DNA of 64,000 nt from Tubiluchus corallicola (lineage: Eukaryota > Animalia > Priapulida): NCBI GenBank assembly GCA_030141605.1, contig JAQGDQ010000004.1:1674001-1738000 (forward strand), read 5' to 3'. The notes under the pieces were generated by a model. It did not search any database. It was not told the origin of the DNA and saw only the letters and a list, made by a program, of their open reading frames with translations. Of this stretch, positions 1-11,620 are shown in pieces (position 1 is the first letter of the stretch; the number at the start of each line of letters is the position of its first letter). The translations under genes were made by a program, and so were the position numbers.

Positions 1-2229
1 CATGGTCTGATGCAAAAATGAAATAAATGGTGGAGTGAGGAAGTAACATTTGCTTAATGCAAAAGGCCTTTTCTAGATTCGGTCTTTGTTAATGTGTACG
101 CGCCATATACGTATTCTTGTTTTTGCAATCTCAGCGCAAAAAATATTTTTACTTGCTGTCGGCCTGGCCTAGGTCTTTTTTCACCGTGAATCCCGGTACT
201 GGTAAATCAGGCGGCTTGATTGTAAACGTAAGATGCAACCATTCTTTTTGAATACCATGATGAATTAGTGACTGCTTTCCCTGAGGACGTAACAGAATAA
301 GCAAGGTGCTCACAACAGTTGTTATTTGCCTTTCCATTTCTCTTTTGGCCATTCCATGTTTTTCATCGTCTGCACATGGCTGCAGTTTTACTGTTGCTAA
401 TTAGACCTAAAAACATAGCAACAAAGCAGCGCCGCTTACTGGCCATGGGTAATTGATCTCGCTGGTATGGTGACCTAGGGGAGGCGTTAATTAAACTAGC
501 CATCTTTAACGAATCATAATGACCACTACTGTTGATTGAAGAGAGCCTAATTTCCGATGTAACAACATCTGGCGGGGGATAATCAGCTAGTGGAAGGTCT
601 GCACTGGCAAAACCTTTGGCATAGTAGGATCTTGAAGGCTGAAACCTGACTTATAACAATGCCAATTCTTACTAATTCCATGTTTAACTCTTACGAACTT
701 TATAGCCATGTGTTTATTGCTTCTAAGCGACCCTTTGGGGATAATTTAATTTTATAGCAGTTCATTATAGAAACTGCAAGAAGAAAAAGCACATAGTGTT
801 ACCTAGTGAGGCAATTTTAAAGACTCCTGCCAAACAGGCGCAATCCACAGTTAGCAATCCCGCAGCTGATTGAATGTAGTATATTGTGTATGAATGCACT
901 TCATTATTTATACAAAAAACGAAGAAACTTTTGGCTGTTTTGTTAGGAATTAGCATTATAATACTGCCTGACCAATTCATTTGTGACTTCGTCCATTTAT
1001 TTGTTAATCAATAAAAGCATGTGTAGTGGTCTAATTCGGCGCCACAACCGTACACGTGGTAAGTTTATGCAAACTCATAAATGTAGTCGAATTGGAACTG
1101 GAAATTCACTTTTCATTTGGACCAATTTTACTCACTTGTGGACTAGAGCCTAACAGAGTATCAGATTTAAAATTTTTCAGAAGGTAGTGCTAACTACATA
1201 GATTTATCTGCCGTACGTGCAAATTATTCAAATAATTTTCCGTTCACAAATAGCGAAAACAAAACATCTAATTAGCCCCAACTGTTTAAATTCAAATTTT
1301 TGTACATTATTAGTATATCGATCAACTACACTCACTACACGTATTTAATAATGTTAGACAAGGCAATGCAGGATGTTTCTAAAAGGGGCTTTATGTGTTA
1401 AACTCATATACGTATAGCCACGGTCTTATCGGTCGATCTGCTACATTTCTAATTTACGCAGACGCAAAACCAAGCGATAAAAATTCGCTACTCAAAGATG
1501 AACTTATTCCAGTAACCTTGATGCGCAAGTGCCAGAAATAAAATGACAAAATAGTTTTTTATGACGAACGTCATTTTCAGCGCTATCCTACCCTGCAAAG
1601 CCAAGTAAAAATAATTATGTAAACGGAGTGGTGCATAATATTCTGTATACAGATCAAAGCATATCAAAACTACTTGAATACCTAGAAAGGTTAAAATACA
1701 GAGTGCATTTATATCTCTTATTCTGTTCAGATGTACGCACTGACTCAGCTGGATTACCAAATAAGTTTTTTACAGTTTATGGTTCCTTGAGATGTTTTGA
1801 GTTTCGAACTTGAAATTTTTTGAACACTCGAAGATTTTTGTTTGTTAGTACTACTCAATTTTATTGAATTTGACTCTGTGGGTGCCTCCATAAGCAATTT
1901 TACTGATGATGATTAGATTGGTGGTTATTAATGTTATACCAGAGCTTACTGCTGTGCCTTCCTCTAGTCTAGTAGTTCAAACGTTGCGACATTCTCTCTG
2001 TCCAGTCCCAAGACAGCACATTACAATGATCGGATAACCGTGCCTTGAATAGTGCCACTGACATTATTGTAGAGTGTACAAAGGAACCGCTATTCTCTGT
2101 AGACAACTCTCATTATCATCATTAAACCTATTTATCTTCTTGCTTTCCTTATTGTAGTCATCAACATCATCCAAGCTGCCTTAGAGTAGTTTGATATCTC
2201 CTGCGTTATAAACTACATCAAAGCAGAGG

Positions 2230-2255
2230 ATGACAAGCATTTGCAGAAAAACCAT
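2230..2255 (+). CDS. Candidate first coding exon (exon 2158-2255) of an LMO4-like transcript, encoding MTSICRKT(I)
   Basis: Strong acceptor (tttatcttcttgctttccttattgtag, AG at 2156-2157), in-frame TAA at 2209 before ATG at 2230, and a phase-2 donor AT|gtatgt at 2255/2256. This phase matches the acceptor at 17265. Inferred from splice signals only. Confidence 0.4.
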
Positions 2256-5149
2256 GTATGTATGACTTGCGTCTTGATCTATGCTCATAGTGCGTTTTTA
2301 AGTGTTTAGTTAAACCAAAACACGTATCTCCTGGCAAAGAGTTGTATGTCAATGTGTCTGTTATGACTTTTTTTTAGTTTATTAAATCTCCAAAACCACA
2401 AACGTACTTAAATTACGTAAATTCAGATACCTCAGTAACTATTTTGTAACTCTGCTGCTCAGGAAAGAGATGCTGCCAGGCCTTTCAGCTATTCATTCGT
2501 GTGCATAAATTCACTGACTCTATGAAAGTATTCTGCAGGCTGGTTCACGTAAATACGTACGCAAATCTTTACATCACTGACTCTAGAAATATAATTACTT
2601 GCAAAGGTTTCTCATAGGGTATTTCAGTCATATAAATACGGTCAACTTATACGTTGTTCTTGTTTAGTTACAACACTTATATTAACAACGACATGATCAT
2701 AAGGTTTTGTTGGAACCTTGCTGACTGTAAAGAAATCTCAACGTGAGTCCTCTCAGCGTCTGAAGCAGTGTTAGAGAATGCTATGAAGTTTTCGACCTTC
2801 ATAGCGGGCGCTATGCCACTTGATACAGTTAAACGTATTAGAAGCCGTATTTACGCTTATAAGACTTTAATGTAATGTTTACAGTATGGCTTTGTTGAAT
2901 TTGTAGGAAGGATTGTAGGTTTAATGTTTTTACGTAACTGCCATTATCCCATTTCACGGTTGCAACTATGTTAAGCAATTATATACGTCAACTGTAATAA
3001 GTTTTAGATATTCAATGCCTTTGTTTATTACTGTTGTAACTGAGAACAATTTCAACACCGTTACCTCGTAGTGCCCTTTACTTTTACAGAAACTAATTAT
3101 TAATACTATAGGAATTTTTTGCTAGTACATCAAGTTTGGATTTTGGGAAGCTTTAATTTTGCTTGTTATTCTCTTTTCTCTCACGTTTCTGAATTTCATG
3201 TCACATTTTGTTTGGGAAGTTTTGGTCAAATTGTTGGAAAGATTTTAGTATGCGTTTGTACGTCTATGCTATTACTGTTACTACTGTTTGCTACTATTTA
3301 TGGTGAGGCTATCACAGCTGCAGTCACACATGATGTCACTATGGCGATGCTATCTCTGAGTAACTGCCGTCATAGTATACTCGTTTCTGTTATCATCCTA
3401 TCCCGCATTCTTCGTTGTTTCTTTATCTTGCTACTCGATTTCTTTTTCTTTCAAACTTAGTATATTCCATTATGTGAAAAATAAATGCTCAAACTGGACG
3501 AATTTTGCCCAAAACAACAATTACTGTACACGTTTGACCTTATTTAAGAATCATCTGTCTATACTGGGCATATACATGCCGTCAAAAATCCTTTTCCCCG
3601 GCACTCCTTTTGTTGGTCCTTCTAACATTGCTGTATTTTCGGTGTTATTCTAGCTAAACGTGTAAAAGAGTTCGAAAACCTTTGCGTTGTTTCTCCAACA
3701 CTGGATTGCCATTTGCCCACGCTAGTGAAGCCCAGTTGTACATTAGCCACTGCGTGATAATTGCGTTTATCATCACTTAAAGGCCTAAAATGTGATACAT
3801 TGATCGGCACTTAGGCTACACGTGTTCTTGCTTAAGTTGCTTTTCTTGCTTTTCTACTCATCCATTATGTGCTGGATCCATCTTTTTTTGTTTACCACAG
3901 ACCCTGTATATGCGACAGAGCGATCTAATATTGTAAATTTGTAATAATTGCTTTTGGCTTCATTTCCGTCTAACCTTCAGGTGTTGTTGATTCATGTTTG
4001 CGTATATTTCCCTTGTCGTAAATGCAATTAATATTAATTGCTCGACTTCGTAATGATAAATGGGCTAGGCTCGTAATTATTATTTTCTAATTTCCATTAT
4101 CATTGTTTGCGTGATAGGGATTGTGATGAGAATACTGGCTGTTACACAAGCAACTGACCACCTAGTAACACAGGAGTGAAATTTTGTCATAATCGACACT
4201 ATTTATATAGCGCTAGTAAGGATTTAATCAGTACTTTAACGTTTTAAAGTGAATTCATCAGGATTAACTTAAACGTAAAACAACAAGTGCAACATTAACA
4301 TAAGATTTAGCTCAAACATACATCAAAAGTCCTTTGGAGTGATTGTTGGCGGACTTTATTCGTTGAAAATTGACAAAAATTGACACACACCTTCCACTTT
4401 TTGTAATCTAAGAATGGCTCATTGTTGGTTTTTTTGGTAAAAAAAACTGAATAAGTTGTTTAGAAGCCAGATATCCCCGAGTTTTTATGGAATTCGCAGA
4501 TAATTTTTGACATTTTGCGGCCTCACATATGGGTGATTTTGGGCGATTTTGTGATCTCTGAGCTTATCCACATACTCCTGATACAGGTGCCACGTTCTTG
4601 TATTTTTGTTATTAATATTTTTTATGTTTTGACCTAAAATGGAAGTTTTTAATATTATATTATCTCTCCAATTCAGATACGGCCAAATTGTGCTTACACG
4701 ACAGAATCGGTAATGAGATGTATATCCTGTGTATATCCTTTTACCTATTCTGTGTTCAAAATTATTTTAATTTCTTGTTGAATATGCTTTGAGGTACCAC
4801 GTTGCGAGAGTTAATTTTTTAAAGTTTATCTCAGCGCCATTGCTATCATCACATTCACCAGCAATAATAAATAACAGAAACAGCTGCACTAGGTAGTAAA
4901 CCGATGACGATGACGATAGCGGTGGCAGCAGCGACGACTACGAATATAACAAAGCAATGGGAGCGATAATGGCGACGACATTATGATTAATTTTGTGGCA
5001 CTGCTAGCCCATTGTGAAAATGTGTATCGCTATGTGATAAAATCTTGTGTTAAAATAAACAATTGGCAGGACAAAGTTAGTAATTTTTGTTCATAAGTGC
5101 TTCAACGCTTTCAAGAGAATTTTGTAAAACGTTGCACCCCTCTCCACAG

Positions 5150-5470
5150 TAATGGTGTGGGTTGCGCGATTCCGACCTTTTACGTAATTAAAGTCCATTA
5201 GCCAGATTGCCGGCGCTCAGAATCTTGACGCGCGCTTTTTCCCCGTCACACATTTGCCTTCAAACGTAAGTTTTCTTTCAAGAAAAGTGGCTGGCTGAGC
5301 CTGCACCCCAAACCCATCTAATTAGCGGCGAGCCTGGAAGGCACCGTTAATTAACGAGCGCTCATAATGCGTGTTGTATGCATCTAATTAAGGGCGAGAG
5401 ACGATTATTCTTTTATTTAAGCGCTATTAATGAGCATGTGGCGACCAGACTATTCAGTAGCGGTTCGTTC
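5150..5470. promoter_or_regulatory. GC-richer intronic island with clustered TAATTA homeodomain sites (candidate enhancer or alternative promoter)
   Basis: ctaattag (~5318), gttaattaac (~5346) and ctaattaa (~5384) within about 75 bp, in a CpG-containing context; TCAGT Inr-like motif near 5454. Confidence 0.35.
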
Positions 5471-6135
5471 TAGTTAGAACTTCTGCTGACTTGAGTAAGG
5501 AGATAGAAAAGAGTGTTTAAATGTAGTGCCTTGTTCGTGCTGTGTTTCACTTGCTGTCTGCATTCGAAAGTGTGTTTGTTTTTTTGGAAAAAATACAAGA
5601 ATGTTTGCTAGCTGGTCGTGCAGCCCAATTTTGTATCTGTTATTATATATGTACCTTACTTATTCGTTCATGTCCGGAGTTTGAATAAACTTTTATACCA
5701 GTCTACTCTATAACAACATAGATCTGCAAGCAACAATTTTCAAAAATTAATATTCTTAAATAATAGGTATTCTTTATAGAGCTACTGTACATGTGTAGAC
5801 GTGCTTCAGTTTTTTTTATAATCGCCCCAAACAAGTCCAGCTACCCACTCAGTAAGGAGCTAAAATAGCAATATCAAAATATGGTTACAACATTTAACGT
5901 TCTTCTAGTTAGCAAGGAAACAATTTCGGATAAAAATTTCCACAAAAAGACACCCAAAGAAAAAACTGGACTAATAAACAGTTGTGCTGAAATTAGGAAT
6001 GTCCAGTGTAAAAATATGAAAAGCAGCAGCATGACGAACACATAGGAGACCACTGTATCTTCCAATGAGTAGCCATACAAGAATATTGATAAGATCACCA
6101 ACAAAAGATTATATTAATTTCTTTGTTGAAATAAA

Positions 6136-6187
6136 CATTAGCAAAACGTTTCAGCGCCATGTTAGTCTCATCTTCAGTTGATCAATG
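6136..6187 (-). ncRNA. Degenerate minimal type I hammerhead ribozyme-like motif (left arm)
   Basis: Minus strand reads cattgatcaa-CTGAAGA-tgagactaacatggcgct-GAAAC-GTT-ttgctaatg. Helix I can pair (caa/ttg, cattg/taatg); helix II is damaged. Confidence 0.5.
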
Positions 6188-6598
6188 ACTAGCTAAAGTC
6201 AAGGATTTAGAATACAAACATTCAAACTTATTGATGAGATCGAGGAGCCAACAGTGTCCAGTGGTTTCTCCTCGTTGATTCGCAAATCAAGAGGTCATTA
6301 TGGCTCTTCGAACACATCAACACTTCCAAATCTGAAGTATTATATAGATTGAGCTCAGTGTTACATTGCCCATCTTTTGACAATGTTTTTAAAGTGTTGG
6401 TGGGTTCGAAGAGACCGTAGTGATCTCTTGATTTGCAGATATCTACTTCTCACAGAGGAAAAACCAACACTGAATGCTACTGGCTCCTCGATGACATTAA
6501 AATTTTTCCATTAATACTAAATTTCAAATGTTAGTATCATAAATAAAATTCTCTGACTTGAATGTTTATATTATTCAAACTTTGGATAATGAGTTAAT

Positions 6599-6648
6599 CA
6601 TTACCTCTGAAGACGAGGCTAGCAGGGCTTCGAAACGTTTCCCTGATG
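6599..6648 (+). ncRNA. Degenerate minimal type I hammerhead ribozyme-like motif (right arm)
   Basis: CTGAAGA (6607-6613), one extra C, helix II gaggc/gcttc closing a tagcagg loop, then GAAAC and GTT. Inner helix I is mismatched; outer catta/tgatg pairs. Confidence 0.55.
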
Positions 6649-9600
6649 TTTTTAATGAAGAAATGAATATAGTATTTTTGTTTTCAATGATCTTATTCAT
6701 TGTAAAAGTCCATTCCCAAAACTTATGTCTATCTTGACTATTTTGAAAAGAATCTTGATTTAGCAGTCCATCGCTGCAGCCCCCAAATCAGACAAGACCA
6801 GTTGGACAATACGATTTTACGTCAGTTGTGTTAAAGTAATAACTATGATGTCACTGCAGTATAACGGTTTCTGCAGCATCTGTATAATACTGTATATTGT
6901 AAAAAATTTTCCTGTCTTCGAGATGCTTACCTAAGTCATCAGCACCGTGCATCGAAGTCACCTCCTTCTCTGCCCACCCTACGACAGCACAATCACCGTG
7001 TGGCTAACTGGCTTCCTTCTCATCAGTCCAGGCCACATAGTTACTGCCTTAACTTGTTTGTTAGAGTTATTACTGGAACTCGGCTCGTTAGATGTACACA
7101 GCATCCATTAATAGAGACGTCCTCTAGACCCCATTACTCTCCCTAACTCATCAACCGTCCAGGTTTCATTACTGACTGCTGCATTAGGGAAGCGACTGAT
7201 AACGAATTGCGCTCAATCAGGCTAACTAAGGTAACGAAGCTTTCCCGATGGCCATTGGCCAATTACAAATTGCTTCTTGCTGGCGAACAATTCGGCGCAA
7301 ATGGGAACTCGGCTAGCGCGCTTTTGTACAAGTTAAGTGCGTCTAATTCACGGAGTTTAATCAAAACTAAACCGTGCTTGTTGTTGAGCAGAACTGCCAG
7401 ACTGAAGAAGGAAGGTCTGGGGGTATTCCGAAAAGGGATTTTTTTTCCTACAAGTTTTAGTGACTTGTTTGAATTTCCCCCGTTACTGAATCTATACATG
7501 TGATAAAATACACGTTTCATAATGTACTGTGTCACAAAATATGTAGATCTCATGCATAGCTTTGCGAGTGCGATGCTCCTGTATGCTGTCCTGACTTTGT
7601 CAATTTCGAAAACTAACTGGTGACTTTAGGAACTAAGTTCTGCTTAGAAGCATAAATTGCTTTTGACGTCTGCGCATCAAGTTTCCCACTCTTTGAACAA
7701 GAAAATGCTATTACAGGGGCTACTGCTTTTCATTTTATAGAGCATTTTTCTTCAAGATGTAAGAAGCTGTTTGCCATACTTGTAGACTCACTTAATTAAG
7801 GCTTTATTATCATCAGTACACCTGCATATTTACCCCAAATTGCTCAGTAATCTGAATACATCTACTCCAAATGCTATTTTAACCAAGCCAGTATGCAATT
7901 AATTGTTCTGCAAGCATTACCAAATTATTATCAGCGATGACAAATCCACCCTTAATCAGCTTCATCCGATTGTTGCTGAGATTGGTATTATATTAGCTGA
8001 TTGCTTCTTAACATCATGTTAACATTCAATCAAGCATAGAACTGCAGTAAAAACGGGAAGCAGGTAGGCTTATCCATGTAAGAAGGGAACGGGGAGCAGA
8101 AATTCTTGCCAAATGATATCTGGACGAGGAAGTTTGGAACGGATGACCTGAAAAAGACAAATTATGGGCCCTTCAATCTGCATTAAGTAAAAGAAACATT
8201 CTGTGGAATGTTGTCTTTTCTAACTGGCGGTTGGCTAAAATCAACTGCCACTAGAAATAGGTGGCTGGCAGTTAGAGCAGAAACGCCAACTGGTGCCGAT
8301 TTTTGGCGAATTTATAATTGATTATTTAACAAGTTGCGATCCTACTACAACCATCAACATAATAACTAGACCCCTTCCCTGAGTGCTGGGTGCCCCCTTA
8401 TTGAATGTTGGACCGTATAAAAATCACGTAGAGTTAATTAAGAAGGAAAAATTATTCAGAAATACCTAATCAGTTATCTAACGCGTAAGTGTTTATTATT
8501 TCTAGTTCTATTGGTTTTTACACGCGTAAGCAAAGTATATTGCTTGTATTGGTATTATGTTTAGCTGGGTGTCACTGGCTCCCCTACATGTTGCCTACCA
8601 AGGCGCGTTAACTAACATTAGCCTAATAGGACTACGCGCCGGCTCGTTTTTCTCAATTATTTTGACTCCCCGCCAGGAAAATCTACCCACGTCAAATTAG
8701 CAGATAGAAACCGCCCTGGCTGCGTTTGTTTAGTAAATAGAATTTGTCACAGTTGCTCCTGCTGAGTTCTAGGCAACTCTTCTTCCGCTACTCTATAAGC
8801 GATGAGGGAAGCCAAATAAATTATGGCACTGTGCACTCCTTGCTGTGCCATGTTTTGCGCTCATTGCATCTTATTATGAGTCTCATGTATTCTTACGGTT
8901 GACAGTTTACTCAGGATTCCGTAGATATTCGGCACGTCAGCCAGTTGATCGTTTAGTCAGGTAATTGATCGGTCTCTCCTTGGTTGATCTGTTAACGAAA
9001 CAGTCAGATGGCCAAAAATCCAGCAGATAGTTGAGTTAGTCAGTCAACTAACAATCAGTCAAATAGTTTGTCTTTCAGGTACTCACTTAATAAAGTACTA
9101 ATCAAGCACTTCTTGATTTAATAATTTCATCCAGCTTTGAATAAAGTGTACCTCCTACAGCATAATTTAATACTGAAGAATCCTTGAAAAATTTGGCCCT
9201 TGAATTAATTAAATTTAATTGCGAAAGTTAATTAATATTTAAAAAATATCCGAAGTGCAATAAAAGGAAAAGGGGTTGGGTACTGATAGCGTTGGTGGTT
9301 TACAATGTTACATTAATCTGGAAAAAAGTAGTGGAAATAAGTATAGAAAGTAGCTCATAATGATGAAGGCTAGAAAATTGCAGAATAAAATTTTACATGT
9401 CGCATCTCAATGGGACAAATTACCGACCTAGGCTTGAGTAACAGTATTCTGACACAAATGCTGTAGTTATTCATTAGGGATGTGCAATGTTAATTGTTTT
9501 CTCAACATCGGAGGTAAGTCTTATTTCATTCATTGAACTCACCTGTGTGTGCATTGTGCAATGAATTTTTTCCTGTGCATAAGCTTGGCAATGTTTACTT

Positions 9601-11484
9601 TCCGGCCATTGGCAAATTCGCCTTATTTTTGTCAAGTATTATATGTAAGTTTGGTCAAATGTTCATGTATAACCTAAGAAGCTCTTACGAAGATGTTTCG
9701 TTCTCTGTATCTTCAAAAATCCTCTGCTTGGATTGTTCTGTATTGCCTTTCCCGTTTTTTATTGTGTAACCTTTCAAATACAACATAAAAACGTAAGTCA
9801 GTTTGCTGTACATTTCCTTTGTACTATTTGCCAAATACGTGGTTTATTTTGGTTAAAATTGTCAGTATTCTTTTCTTAGTGCAACTTGTTCGAGGTTCAC
9901 AAATAGGTTTGAAAAATTTTGAAATAGCATAATTGAAAGAACCAAGAGCAGAAAGAATTGATCTCACTGGTACCATTAGGCTTGTGTGCTTTTGGAAAAC
10001 CATATCAGACCCATTATTTTCGCTCTGCTGTTGTAAGTCTGATCTTTGAAACTACTCTCAATGTTCAACTAACCCTTTGCCTATATCCCAGAAATGCTTT
10101 TTGTCGTATTTTCCCAAACAGTGATTGTTACACACTGGACTTGAATCATATATTCAGCATCAGACCCCTTCCCTTATAAATGAATAAATTAATCACAGTT
10201 ATAATCGCAAATTTTTATTGGTAGAAAAAATCTTCATACTGTTTACTAAAGAAACGTTTCGAGCATGGCGGCGATTCGATCACCTTTATTTAATTTAGTT
10301 CAATTTATGTATAACAATTATACGATTACAAAAAAAACAACATTTGAATTAACAGTTCACAAAATACACAGAATGAAACAACATACAATAGAATTTAAAT
10401 AAATAGTCGTGCACAACACAGTAATTATAGCAACGTCATATGTGATGTGTAAAAGTACTCATAAATATATGTGCAAGAACACTGAATATCTTCACACTGA
10501 TAAATAATCATTCGAATAAAATGTAACAGTTACAATTAGTATGTGAATGACTGGCCTGCACTGTGTTTTTAAATGCTTTACATTAATGTTTTGGATCGCA
10601 TTCAGGAAATCATATATAAATATATTCATTGAAACTAAAAATATTAAGGATTAAGGTGTAACAAACCGTTGGTGTTAGAAGTAGCAGGCTGTTGGTAAGG
10701 GAACTCTAACCCTTACCTCTTTAACAAGTCATTATGCAAGTTGAAAATCACGAACTTATGTATGTAGTAATATAATCGCGATATAAAAGCGCTGTGAGTT
10801 TATGTAGCCTTAATGTTCCGCACTATAGCTACTCAAGAAATTGCACGTGTTACCCCTGTTGATAATGAATGGCTTTTCAATTACCCGAAGCTGCAGTTTG
10901 CATCATTGTTGCTCTGCTCATTATACCGTATGTGGTTGTGTCACCTTTGCTCCAAAATGATTACATCCTTTCATTTCTTTGTGCGACATTTTTCATCCAA
11001 TTTTGCATCAGCTTCGCTCATCGAAAAGTCGACGTGTCAAAAAATGCGAATTTGTACTGACAATGGTCTCTGGACGGACATATATAATTACACCCTGCAG
11101 CGTAAAGTATACAGCCCCAGACGTAATTTGGCATCATTACATTGCGTCTAATATCCTCAGCTTATAATGAAGGTTTGTTTGGCTCAGTTGGCGTTGATTT
11201 GAGTTTCAACGTAACAACGTGCTTTTCCTTCACATTGTCCACATGCTTGAAGATGTAATGAGCGGTGTGGAATAAAGAGCCATTTATAGCATTAACTCTG
11301 CAGCTTCTTGCCTCATTAGTGTCCCCACATACCTGTAAATTGGCACCCAGGAGATCTGTTGCTCAGGTGTTGCTTGCCAGTTACCGGATATGACGTCAGT
11401 CGTTAGTACTACTCGTTACGGATTTTTTATGGTTGCTCAGTTCAGTGTGAATGGAAGAGAACTTCTTGGTCGCAGTATTGGACA

Positions 11485-11620
11485 GCGCCATCTATAATAA
11501 TATTATTTTTTAGACAGTACTTTGTATGGTACGAAATTGTGGGACCCTCAGTGCGCCATCTATAATAATATTATTTTTTAGACAATACTTTGTATGGTAC
11601 GAAATTGTGTGACCTTCAGT
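11485..11620. repeat. Tandem duplication, 2 x ~68 bp
   Basis: gcgccatctataataatattattttttagacagtactttgtatggtacgaaattgtgggaccctcagt followed by a near-identical second copy. Confidence 0.9.

Larger units (their letters stand above)
6086..6701. mobile_element. Inverted pair of degenerate Penelope-like pseudo-LTR remnants, each with a minimal hammerhead ribozyme core
   Basis: Arms ~6086-6326 and ~6392-6701 are imperfect reverse complements (e.g. gcaaatcaagaggtcattatggctcttcgaacacatcaacactt vs aagtgttggtgggttcgaagagaccgtagtgatctcttgatttgc). Both carry CTGAAGA...GAAACGTT. Confidence 0.65.

Noticed and set aside
563-649. Plus-strand frame containing LWHSRILK, reminiscent of LMO4 LIM1 YWHSRCLK
   Set aside because: No zinc-ligand cysteines, short frame bounded by stops, no suitable splice sites; treated as chance.
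10240-10290. CGAAACGTTTC on the minus strand, resembling a hammerhead 3' half
   Set aside because: No CTGANGA core at the expected distance.
11472-11490. GGACAGCGCC, the right half of a REST/NRSE site
   Set aside because: The left half-site matches poorly and the spacing is wrong.
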